A stretch of DNA of 63,366 nt, filler included, from Atractiella rhizophila (lineage: Eukaryota), in NCBI GenBank assembly GCA_021432655.1. It is 2 parts of 2 records of this genome, joined end to end, with 100 filler letters (N's around TTAATTAATTAA, not from the genome) between each part and the next. Parts side by side here need not be neighbours in the genome. Positions count along the whole stretch, not along the records: positions 1 to 31,649 come from MU271692.1; positions 31,750 to 63,366 come from MU271693.1. One strand, written 5' to 3'. This document shows positions 23,639 to 35,480 of this stretch, piece by piece (the first letter of the stretch is position 1; each line of letters opens with the position of its first letter). The translations under genes were made by a program, and so were the position numbers. The notes below the pieces were generated by a model. That model did no database searches. It had not been told where the DNA came from and saw only the letters and a list, made by a program, of their open reading frames with translations.

Positions 23639-25056
23639 ATGTCACTTTCCCTTCCCCTTCCCCTCGCTCGCCCATCCCTCTTTCTCCTCCAAGCGCGCCA
23701 CCTCTCCTTCGCCCGTACCCGCGGGTCAATACGTCGTGCAACTCGTCTAAACAGGGAGAAACGGGCACTGGGCTCGTTCGAGCGGCACTTGGCGAATCAG
23801 AGGAGAGTGGAAGCGGGAGACCTCACACTTACACCGCGGTTGCCGGTTACGCAGGCTATTGGCAATTGCTGGGTGAGTCTTTTCCAAAAGTGAACATTGG
23901 GAGTCTTGTATTTCGGCGGCAAGCGAAAGGAGAGCTTCTGTCCTAATTATTTACTTTCTTTTATTGTTTGAAAACCGTCGTGTGACTGTTCGGCGCATGT
24001 TGTCCCATTTACTTTTAAGAGTTGGTTAAGGTGAAGTTGGGCTTAGCTTGGAAGTGCCGGACGAATATGAAGGACAGTCTGTACCGAAGTTGGGAATGTC
24101 GAAATTTCACTTTTGCTTAAAGGATCCAGTGCTGATACTCGCTAAGCGGAGCCTTAATGGCTCCCTTCGCGAGAGTACACGCTTTACACACCTCCATGTT
24201 CTTGTGCGCATACCTTGACCATATTAGACATAGCTTGCTTTCCCCTATTCATTCTAAACCCTGTCTCCAGTGCTCACTTTGCATCGTTACAGGAGGACAA
24301 TGAGAAAGTACGGCGGCGTTCCACCTTATACCTCTCGATGCGGGTGCGTACCGCCAAACAGATAAACATGAATGCGGTGCGAGGACGAATATTCTTGCCT
24401 AATCCGCCTTATGTGCCTAAGGGGAAGAAAGGGTGTATGCCATTTCCTCTAGCTTACCGTACTTTATCTGAACGTTCTGTGGGGATAGCGGAGGTGATCG
24501 CAGTTTTTGCTGAGGGCAAGAAGGCGGAGGAAGCGCGTGCACTCGGGATTGAGCATGTTGGTGGTTCAGATATGCTGCAAGAGGTTCGTCCATATGCATA
24601 CTCCGAACGTCGGCCCTGTCGGGATTAATTTGCATGGTTTAGATCCTACAAGGTCTCATAAATCCTTCAAAAATCATTGCCACACCCTCTTTCGAGCGCA
24701 TCTTCCGCGGTGCGCAAGTGGGCAAAATCCTAGGACCGAAAGGTCTCATCCCTTCCAAGCGTCGAGGGACCGTAACCGAAGACCTCGCGAAAGCTGTCGC
24801 TGAAGCACGATCCGGCATCGACTTTCAAGCTGATCCTCATGGACTCATACGCATGACGTTGAATGGGGATCGATTGAATCCCGTGAAGAGAGAACAGAAT
24901 GTTCGGCATGTCTTGAAGTTTGTGGCGGATATCGCTTTGGGCGGAAACGGAGAGGGTAGCTCGGTGGAGAGGAATACGAAAGGTGCAGGTGCGGTGGTGA
25001 GAAGCGCTCATTTGAAGGGGTGGAAGGGGAAAGGGGTGTTTGTCACTGATCCGTAG
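23639..25056 (+). CDS. MRPL1: Mitochondrial ribosomal protein L1 (uL1m)
   Basis: Arg/Ser/Leu-rich presequence-like exon 1 (23639-23872), then a phase-0 intron 23873-24292, then VRGRIFLP, IAVFAEG, VGG, GKILGPKGLIPSKRRGTV. Confidence 0.85.
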
Positions 25057-25361
25057 TACTACTCCTAATATATAAGCATTCCAACCTTTAGTGTGCGGTG
25101 TGAGATGGTTAATGTGAGGACGACTGGAGGTCACAGCTCCAAAGCCCATCTTCGTTTACGTTAACTTATAGAATGGATTCAACTTGTGCAGAAAGAATTT
25201 CAAAAGGTCACTCGAAGATGATACAAAATGTGAAAGATTATCTCTCCGCACCCATCATCGAGACAACCCCTTTTATTTCTTCACTGCCAGTGATCATGAT
25301 AATGGGCACAGAAACCACAGAAAATTTGTCTTCGCTCCCTGCCTTTCGTTTCGATCGTAAA

Positions 25362-25863
25362 TCAAACCAACAACCTCTCGATCTTCTCCTTGATCTTCTC
25401 AATCTGGGCCTTCAGTTCCCTCGTTTCATTTGTCGTGATGCTAGCTGCGATGACAGGACGGGAGACGCCACAAGCACGTCCAAGAGAGGTTTTCGATGGG
25501 AGAAAGACATAAGGGACGTTCTAAGGCTTCATTCAGTACAAGAGATGCGTGAGAAGGAAGGGACGAACCTTGTCCTCACACAAAAGGGGAAGGTGAAGTA
25601 AAATCTCAATCGGTTCCGTATCAGCAGTCAAGATGGTAAATTCACAAATTCCTCGATTCAGTGTCTTTGTGACTTCGTTCGCTCCTCGCTTCAGCTGCTT
25701 GTAATTCGAAGCCTACGCAGGAGAAAACTAATCAACAATCGAACAGGAAAGGGAAGGAACAGGGACACACCTGCTGCACCAAATCCAGAATTTGGTTCGT
25801 CAGTGCTGCGTCAGCTAGTGGGTATGCTTTAGGGTTCACTTCTGGGTCCTTTTCTTTCGACAT
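25362..25863 (-). CDS. SNU13: Snu13/15.5K (L7Ae family) U4 and box C/D snoRNP protein
   Basis: [80 protein letters not shown]. Confidence 0.95.
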
Positions 25864-26467
25864 CGTGGCTAGAATAGGAGGGCAAGGAAAAGAAAGAACC
25901 TTGACTTGGTCACAGATTTTTGTTTTGTTTGTTCGGTACAACTTCCGGCCTTCCCTGCAAAGATAGGAAGACTGAAACACTGAAACAACACTTCGCGTCA
26001 ACATTCAACATTGGATCAAGAGTACCTCTAAAGCTGTTGGAAGAGTAAGACAGGGCTGGGTCAGGCTAACACACGAACCACGGTCATTCAGTGAGTTAGG
26101 GCATATTTACCATTCTGGGTATGGAGACAGATGTAATGTCCTTGACATTGGCGAATACCATGGAGGGGCTCAACTATTACGTCGTGGTCTCAGCACCTGT
26201 CGACAGTTTAGCTCACAGCCAGCAAAGCCCATTTGCCAAGGCCTCAGAGAGTCTCCTCTGCATTTCGCCATGTTATAGTGCAGGACATCTCGTGTGAAGG
26301 AGCAGTATTATCGCTGACACTTCCTTTGGCTCGAATTTATTACATACAATGGCAACACTGGATGGTTTTTCAAAAACGCTCCACTTTGTCGCACTCCCGC
26401 TTCGCGCGTTTCTTAGCTTCGTTCCTTCAGCAACCAATGCAAAGCGGAGTGCTAATCTGATTTATAG

Positions 26468-28559
26468 ATGGCTGCACCTCATTACATTCGCCAGCGCACC
26501 CCTTCCACCTCAACACTTCGTGGCGCGCCATCCCTCACATTACGCACTGCAGCCTCCAATGCTTCTCTTTCAGGCCGTGCGCATCCCTCACCCGCCATCA
26601 CACCTGCATCGAGGGGGCGTCATTCGTTGTATGGAGTGGAGGATCGCGTTGTTTTAGATTTGGGAAGGAGGGCATGGAAAGTGGGGTTTGGGGGAGAAGC
26701 AAGACCTAGAGGAGTGGTCCTAGTTGAAGAAAGCGAAGAGGGTAAAGAGGAGACGGAGGAAGAGGAGGAAGAGAAGATGAAAGAGAGACTGAGAAAGGTA
26801 TTTTTCGAGTGCGTTTCTTCTTTCTCGCAGGCAGGAGGAGAGGTAAGAGGATGAAGTGTTGACTGACATCTACCTCTGGCGTTACTAGACTACTCATGAT
26901 TGACCCTAAGGCTAGGAAAGTCATCGTTATTGAGCCACCATTAATGCCCATGAAGATGAAGGAGAGGATTGCGAGGCTACTCTTTGAGAATCTACAGGTT
27001 TGTTTCCTCTTTCGCGAGCAGGAGAAGCTCAATTCTAAACACGCAGGTTCCATCAGTCTCTTTTGCGCCCACTCACCTGCTTTCTCTCATCACCACTGGG
27101 TCAATAACGGGCCTGGTCGTCGACTGTGGTCATTGTGAGACGACGGTAGTGCCAGTAAGTTTATATTACATCATGGCACAATCTTAAGAAGTTTATCCAG
27201 ATCTTCTCCTCGCGTCCACTCTATCCTATCCTCGTAACGACAGTTGTATCCGGTCGCCGCCTAACTCAACGCCTACGTGCCTTGTTACTACACTTCGGAA
27301 AGTTCTTCCCCAACCCAACGAACCTGAACCAGATCGCCATGTCTTCCTTCAAGCTCAAAGCCACAGACCTGGTTGGTGTGCCGAAAGAGGTGTTAACGAA
27401 AGAAGTGTGCGAGGACATCAAATCCCGTGCGCTTTTCGTCGGGGAGCCTTTCAATGTTCCGTCATCCAGAGAGAGTGACCTCGCTTCTGCTAACCAGGAG
27501 AAGCAGAAGACAGAGAGACTTTTGCCAACGGAGAAACTGGAGGAGGACGATGAGGAATTCCTGGCTGCGCTCAAGGAGAGATATATCGCTAACTCTTCGG
27601 CTGCCTCTCTATCAATCCCGATACATTATCCTCAGACGGCTCTCGGATCCACTAACGTGCTAAGAGGAACAATTGTAGTTCCGGGATGGATTAGGGAGAG
27701 AGCAACGGAACTTCTATTTGAGAGAGGAGATGAGGATGAGAAAAGCATCACGGAAGCGATACTGGAGTGTCTATTGAAAGCCAGTCCTCCATTCTGCAGC
27801 GTTATTCGCTCTTGACGGATGTAATAGGTACCAACTGACCTCCGCATCCCTCTCGCCAATTCTATCCTTGTTGCTGGTGGAACGGCCATGCTCCCAGGCT
27901 TCATCCCTCGACTACGACTAGAGCTAATTTCAGCCCTCGATTCAGCTTCTGTATCTTCTTCTTCCGCAGGAGAAGAACAGACACTCGATCCCTTCGAACG
28001 GCCGTCAACTCCATCATCTACCTCCTCCACCTCATTTCGGCGGAAGCGGAAGCGGGAAGCGCTGGAGGTGTACCGCAAACGATCAAAGTTCACACCGCTT
28101 TCATCCCTCGCGGGAAAGAACATTATTGCCGTTGTCAACGATCCATCCCCTCCTCCTTTGGCGGTAGACGAAGCACCTACTCCAATGCCCACCTCCCCCA
28201 TGCACTCTAGGCATGGTTCCCTTGCCACCCCCAGACATCACTCTCAGCCGTTGCCACCGAAAGACACAAAATCCTATACTCTGCCTTTGCCAAAGGTGCC
28301 CTATGCTGCAAATGCGGGGAAAGCACCGCATTTCACCCCCAGTTTATTACCTTGGATCGGGGGCAGTCTTGCGGGCATACTAAAGACGGGAGGAGAGGAG
28401 ATCTTGAGGGAGCGGTGGGATATGGGTGTGCCTGTCGAAGGTGAAGAGGAAGACGAGGTGCAAGAAGACCAGGTTCTCCCGAGCGACAAGCCGAAAGAGC
28501 GGAGGAAACTCGATCTCCCCGACTGGACGAGGAAAGATCCGACGTCAGGGTCCGCTTGA
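26468..28559 (+). CDS. Actin-related protein, ARP10/ACTR10-like
   Basis: VVLDLGRRAWKVGFGGE, VIVIEPPL, LFENLQ|VPS, GLVVDCGHCET, ILVAGGTAMLPG, WIGGSL. Confidence 0.8.
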
Positions 28560-29629
28560 TTGCTACTGTTTTGCATACCTGAACTCTAAGGATGTAATGA
28601 ACGACGAGCTGCATTTCCATTCAAAGGCTCCTCGTCATGGACAAAGACTTCCGAAATGCGCTGGTTGAACTTTCTAACCTTTTGTCCAAAGTGGTACGTC
28701 AGCAGACCCCTTGTTGCCCTGTTACCCTTTGTCTTTGCCCTTCCCATATATAAGCGATCGAAGCACCGCCTTTGCCACCTCTGCCTATTTATCGCAAGAT
28801 GAACCAGTGTGCGAAACAGTTGCGACAAGTAGGATCAAGAGAATTCCGCCGCTATCAGATGGACGATAAGACATCCAAGTGTGAATTAAGCGATCTAGGG
28901 CTAGCTGAACTCTACCGCTTTATTCTACACGATTTCCCTAGACAACAGCTGGAGCAAGAACACATGGAAGGCAAGCGTTCAAAAGGTGTGAAGGAGAAAA
29001 CTCGTCCCTCTCCGATCACCCTAGACCATCCTTCCGAGCGATCAGCTAAACCTCTCCAAAAAGGACATCTTCAATTCTCAGCCAATCCTCTTCTTCAAGT
29101 TATTCGAACCCGTACCTCAGTCCATGTTGGACCTACAGCACTTCTTCATCCTACTCGAATTCCTCTTACACCTTCTCCACTTCGCCCTCCCCTGCTTTAC
29201 CCAATCTGTCCAACCTTACAGAAGAGGAAGAGGCGTCATACTGGCGACACCCTCCACACATGGAAACTTCCACAAACACGCCGAATAAACTTCAGAAAAC
29301 GCGTCCCAAAGCTAGCAGGAGGAGGCTTGTGTCAATGAAGGGTGAGACGAGGTAGTTCTCACTCAGGGAGGTTCGTCGCTGGCAAGTACCTCAAGCATTG
29401 TCTCTGGCTTAGCACATTGATGTAGCATCCAGGCTCGGAACTAGCAAGGCACGAGCTGAACACGCCTCTGTAAGGGGTACGGTTACACCGTCCACAGTGA
29501 ACCAAAGGGGAGCCTTGCTTAGATGAGAGGAGAGCTCGTCTCTGAGGTTCTGAAATGTCCGGATTATGACCGCTGAGCTAGTCCTTCCGGCTTAACTGTT
29601 TTCCTCTTCGTACATAACTGTGGAAGACA

Positions 29630-30849
29630 TTACGCTTTATTTACATAGCCCCATTCTTCTTGAAACTCGAGTGCCCGTTTAGCCGCTAGCTCTCTTGCTG
29701 TCCTCCTCCGATGGGACTGACCAATAGCGATTGGCTTGCCTCCAATCTCGACTACTTCTATCCAAGGCGAATCCCCGTTTCCAACGTTTTCTGTTCGGTA
29801 GAGCAGACTGATTCCGAGTTTCTTGCAAATGTTGTGAAGATCATTCTGGAACCTTTCCTCCTCACGCTTGGGCTTTGCCTGATAAACTTCTAGCGCGCGT
29901 TTCGCTGCCATTTCCCTCGCCAGACTTCGTCGTGAGCTCTCACCAATCGCAATTTCTTCTCCGTCGATTTCCACCGCTTCGCGCCATAGATGGTGTGGGT
30001 GTTCCACTTGCTCGACCGTGCGATAGCGAAGGTTAAAATCCTGAACTTGCGACAGATTGTGCAGTTGGATCTGGTACTTAAACTCGGCAGAGGGTCGTGA
30101 TGCCATCTGAGGCTGAGGCTGCGACAACTTCTCGACCTTTGGCTGTCGAGCTAGTGTCTCTGCGACTATTTCTTTGTTGGCATCCAGGAATTCATCGTAG
30201 ACTCTTCTGAGCCACTCAGATGTGAATTGAAAACCTTTCTCGAGCATGAGAGCTCCAACGACGGCTTCGAAGACGTCTCCGATGACGCGCTCGCTCAATT
30301 TCATATCAGGGTGGTGTTGAATCTGATTTGAAAAGCCGAGAGAAACGCTGAGTTGGTAGATGGCGGAAGCCTCGACTGATTTGGACCGTAGCAACTGCGA
30401 GTATCCATATTGAAAAGGTAACATCTACAGCTGGGAAGACTCACTGCACGTTCCGTTAAGCTCATTTCTGGATATTTTTCATGGATAAGTAAAGTCACAA
30501 CTGTGCACAAAACAGCATCTCCGATATGCTCCAAAAGCTCATAATTGTTAGACGGGTCGATGGAGCCATGAGTGAAAGCCTGTCTACGGAGTTCTGGAGA
30601 AAGCGAGTGAATAACTTGCCCCAGAGAGCTATCGATCCTAGCTTTTGTCGAGGAATATCGCTGAAGTGGAGGACGGGTGAAACCAAAATAAAGAGGAGGT
30701 GTGCGCCTGATATTGAAGGAAACAGCTGAAAATCTGTCTGTTCTGATGGACGACAACGAAATATAAGAAGATGAATGGTATGCATAATTGAGACGCGTTT
30801 TTGTGAAGAGAGAAAACGGTGCCGATATTGACCTTCGAAGTTGCATCAT
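29630..30849 (-). CDS. Ribonuclease III with one catalytic domain and two C-terminal dsRBDs
   Basis: QAFTHGS, YELLEHIGDAVL (RNase III signature), GDVFEAVVGA; two dsRBD repeats each ending AAKRALE; one intron near 30394-30444. Confidence 0.88.
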
Positions 30850-31649
30850 CGACGGCTGTTCATACCTAGCGTCAAGATCAAGAGTCCAATTCGGTCAAGC
30901 GTTGCAATTTTAGGCTGAAAGAACCCAAGGAGCGTTTCAGTAGGAGGCCGTGAGACGTTCAAGCCCAGAAGGCTAGTATGAACCATTCGAAGGTATCACT
31001 CTTTATCGTAGAGCACACGGCTGGCACTTCCGTGCGACACTCTCCACATAGTCAAGCTCATCGAGCAAATCAATCAGAGGCGATCTCGTCAAGCGTCTGA
31101 TAGATAAGACTTATTGTGTTTTGGGCCAACGCCATACAGCCTTAATTATGATGGATGCATAGAGCAGTCTAGAGTTCTTGTTTTGTCAGGATCTTTCTCA
31201 ATTCGTCACTCCCGAATGGTGACGCTGCAGACATCATTCAAGATACTGCATAAATTTCTATAGCTTTATATGTTGCGCCAAGCTTATTGCGCAGAAAATA
31301 ATGGTTATCAGATGGCTCCAACCAACATCCCTGCCGCTATCAACGAGTTACAAGAATACGCACTTGGTTATCTCGTGCCTTCTCACTAGATCTCACTTTG
31401 AATCTGGCTCCTGCTATCACAGTCGTCACGTCACTGATTGTGGTGAATGAGTCGGTGGTCTCATCACGGCAACATTAAGCTCACAGGGTAATTGTTCCAT
31501 GACGTCACCTTTGCGGCGATTGCACTTTCAGGCTTTTCCTTCGCTCTTTGGTACCTTTAGACTTCTTTAGACTCGGCTCTTTACACAAACGAGTCCAGCG
31601 TCTTCTATCCCAGTGCCCAAAGTACCCAACGTAGGACCTCTTGGACCTC

Positions 31650-31749
31650 NNNNNNNNNNNNNNNNNNNNNNNNNNNNNNNNNNNNNNNNNNNNTTAATTA
31701 ATTAANNNNNNNNNNNNNNNNNNNNNNNNNNNNNNNNNNNNNNNNNNNN
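31650..31749. other. Artificial contig spacer (44 N + TTAATTAATTAA + 44 N)
   Basis: Symmetric N runs around a 12-mer that has stop codons in all six frames. Confidence 0.95.
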
Positions 31750-31785
31750 TGGATAGCTGGATAGCCGTTCTGACTACCCACACAG

Positions 31786-32574
31786 ACGGAAGCGAAGGAG
31801 TCTCCCATAACGAGAATTTTTGGTGGCAAAATACGAAGTGTTGTTCGCTGTCCCGGACAGAAGGATTCGGTTACACTTGAACCGTACCTAACGCTGCAGT
31901 TGGACATCCAGGTATGACTTTCTCTATCTCCTTGCCCCTCTGTGGCTGACGGTGTATGCAGCCCGAAAGTGTCTTCACTATCTCAGATGCTCTCACGAAC
32001 TTCCATGAACCGGAAATCATCACTGGCCTTACTAATGCTAAAGGAGCTAAAGTGGATGGAACTAAGCAAGTGTTTATCGAGACCCTACCGCATGTTCTGG
32101 TCCTCCACCTCAAGAGGTTCTTGTATGACAAGGAAGGTGGGGCGATGAAGAGCGGGAAGATTGTCGGTTACGACACAGAACTCGAGATTCCCAAGTGTAA
32201 GTTCGAACTTTCATGTCGCATCTTCCTGAAGACGCCGGGTAACAGCTGTCCTTTCGCCCGCAAAAAAGGGGAAGACTGCAGCGAGGTATCAGCTATTCGG
32301 CGGTGCGCTCTTTCTCTTCCTTTGTCCTGCTGCTGACCTCCGTGAAGTGATCTACCACCATGGACGCTCAACAGCTGGAGGTCATTATACTGCAGCTGTC
32401 CGCCAACCAGCTTCGCCTCACCAATGGATCAATATCGATGACACTCTCATTCGTCCGATGGACGTCAAAGAAGTGGCGATCAAGGTCGACCATAACTCGG
32501 CACACGCTCATGAAGATAGATGGGGATCTACGGAAAAGAATGCCTATCTACTTTTCTATCTGAGAGTTGCTTGA
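31786..32574 (+). CDS. UBP3: Ubiquitin-specific protease, Ubp3/USP10-like (3' part; 5' end lost at the spacer)
   Basis: ESPITRIFGG, LQLDI, LPHVLVLHLKRF, His box VIYHHGRSTAGGHYT, WINIDD, AYLLFY. Confidence 0.85.
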
Positions 32575-32942
32575 ACCTGCCTTGCTGCCGTTTCTTAACC
32601 TGCCTTGTGAATATATTGTTTGTACGCTTGTTTTTCATTAGGTTACCCGCATTTCAGTACAGTTTTCTGGCGTCCCTGCGTCCTTTGTATGGAATGTCGC
32701 GATTACAATACCGCTTCTCTCGCTATTTGAGCCTGCTCCGACGTAATCATCCTAATGAAGCGGTCGCGGTCCCTGCTTCGATACGACTTTCTCGCTGATA
32801 TCTCACCCGGCTTCGCCGCCGTCATAGCTCCGGAATAAGAGGTGTACAATCCACAGTTCTTCCAGCGTAAGAATAAAACCTCTTCCTCAACTCTTTCCTT
32901 CAACTCAAGCAGTACCCTGAGCAGTGATACCTGAAGGATACA

Positions 32943-33791
32943 ATGACCAAGACCGGAACAATCCGCTTCTACGACGTCAAGAGTGCTTTGGAACCCTTGC
33001 GAGGCTGGTCGCCCAACGCTTGGCGAGCAAGGTATTTTCAACCACTCAATGGCAAACCACCCATCTGACTAGTGGGATTAGACTATTCCTCAACTATTTC
33101 GAAGTAAAGAGCTCAGTACAATATGAGACTATTTTCATCTCTTACCCGTCCATCAAGGGCGAGGTAACGCGATTATACGCAGAAGGCAATGCAGGAGAGC
33201 CTAACGCTTTCACTCTTCCACTCATCGAAGACCCCAAAACCTCTCCTCCGACCATCATCATGGATTCTGGCCTGATCGCAAAATATCTTTGCTCTGCTTA
33301 TTCTTCCTCCCCAATTGGCGGAATGGAGAAATTCGATGAATATTTCGATTGGACGTCAAGAAACGTTCAGCAGTTCCTAAGGGGTTATCTCTTCCTCGAT
33401 GTCTGGAAGAATCTAGATGAGGAAGGAAAGATCTATTTTCGCGAGTCGAGAGAGAGAATATTCGGCTGCAAGCTCGAAAACATGATGGATCGGTTCGGAG
33501 GGGAAGAAGCAACCCTGGACCTTTTGAGAAAGGGATGGAAGCCTCTCCAAGATCGTATGAAAGGAAGACCGGAAGATGACGAAGGTGAGCCTCGAAAGTT
33601 TCCCCTCTAACGCTGAATAACTACTTATGAATGCAGCAACTGCACTGGACTTCTGTGACGGCGCCATGCTGAAGTGGACTAAAAATATAAATCAAGAGAA
33701 ATACGAGCGACTCCTCGACCTTTGGGGACCCGAAGACGACAGCGTTCGAAAGTTGGCGAAGATCATTGCGCCATACGGAAGATGTACTTGA
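32943..33791 (+). CDS. Glutathione S-transferase-like protein (fungal WSPN-type)
   Basis: IRFYDV..WSPNAWRAR|LFLNY, FTLPLIED, DSGLIAKYL, YFRESRERIFG. Confidence 0.8.
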
Positions 33792-34159
33792 TGACCTAAG
33801 AGGCAGACAATGTAAGAACATGTCAATAGGTGTTATGAACAATCTAGTTTCATCATTGCCAGGTAAATCCTCGCCCTCCCAGAGACATATCGTCCACCCA
33901 CCACGGGGTTCACGGTAAATCGCGAAGGACCGTTCCCATTCCCAATATGCAGACCTAACCTCGGCAGGAAAGTTTGTCTTCTATGCTCCACCTCTTCTCA
34001 TCAGAGCGGACAGATTCTCGCAACGACGAGCGCCACTTCCCTCATCGAAGAAGTGACCAGAGCCATCTTTATATGAGGCAATCCCTCCTGTGCTGATGGG
34101 ACAATTTTGGAAATAAAAACTCTGGCAATTTCAGAACGCTGATTCCATCAAAGATAACG

Positions 34160-35363
34160 ATGTCACACTTCACCCTAAACACAGGCTACAAGATTCCTAG
34201 TGTCGGAATGGGGTGCTGGCAAGGTTTCAAACCTTGGAAGCATACACATAAGTAAAGAGCTGGGATAGGTGATTACGGGGCAAAGAACTACATTCTGGAA
34301 GAAGCGCTTCTCCAGGCAATTGAAGTTGGTTATCGACATTTTAATACTACTCTTGGATTCCAGAATGAGCAAATCGTTGGATAAGCTTTAAGAGAGAGTG
34401 GGATTCCACGCTCAGAATTCTTCATCACCTGCAAACTTGAATCCTTTCTTATGATCAAGAGTGACCGAATTGACGTAGGAACCTAGCAAAAGCAATACAC
34501 ACCACACGGTAGGAGGAGAGAGCCTGACAGATAGATTTCAAACGTCACTGAACAATTTGGGTTTCGACATCGATCTTTATCTCCTCCATTGGCTTCAAAG
34601 CTTTGTTACTGGTGTTCACGATGCAGATCCAGAGCCTCACTTAGTTGAAGCGTGGAAAGAGATTGAAACGCTTCTTGTTACCGGTTCGTCAATCTCGGTT
34701 GTAGGCAATGCTGAAAGGTTTGATAGGGAAAGTGGAATCGATTGGGGTCTCTAACTTCAGTCCGAAAACTCTTGACATACTTCTGAAGGAAGTTACTGTG
34801 GTCCCATCAGTAAACCAAGTGGAGCTGCACCCCTTTCTTCCCGATAATGCTCTGCTCGAGTATTGCAACTCAAAAGGCATTCACCTCTCGGCCTATTGTC
34901 CTATCGTTGGGTGCCTTCAACTGTCCCGTAGGAATCCTCGCGAGAAAATTGAGAATAGGAAAAGTTCTCACAGCTTTGGAGCAGCCCAACGCTGATTTAA
35001 CGATAAAAACTATAGCTGATTGCGTTGGATGCACACCGGCGCAAGTTACACTCAGTTGCGGAGTGATAAGAGGAACAAGTGTCCTTCCTCGCACTGTCAC
35101 TCCTTCGAGGATGAAAGAAAACATAACTGTGAGTTTCTGCAACTCCCTGGTCTCAGCGCCGTACTTATCTGATTTAAAGTCTACAGCTCGTCAATTTAAC
35201 ACCTGAAGATGGGGAAGCTATTGATGGGATTCATAAGAACGATGACACCAAAAAACAAGGACATAACGGGAGGATGAGCTACACGCCATGGAGTGGAACT
35301 ACCGCGTTCGGTTGGACATTGGACCAATTAGGCTGGGATGTCGGATGTGCGAAGAAGTTCTGA
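34160..35363 (+). pseudogene. Aldo-keto reductase pseudogene
   Basis: AKR motifs (LNTGYKIP, DLYLLHW, SIGVSNF, VNQVELHP) are present. However there is an in-frame TAA at 34382-34384 (IVG*AL), and the catalytic Asp and Tyr positions read N and F (YRHFNTTLGF). Confidence 0.8.
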
Positions 35364-35480
35364 AACGTCCACATGATACTGGTATTCGCTATGTAGAAGC
35401 ATCTGTAAACAATGGAGGAAAGACTTCCGTGACAAACACTTGCACATCTGGCACATAATAAGAATGTACTAATTGCCTCT

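Noticed and set aside
28772..29338. 188-aa ORF between the ARP10-like gene and RNase III
   Set aside because: No recognisable motif or convincing exon structure, so not listed as a feature.
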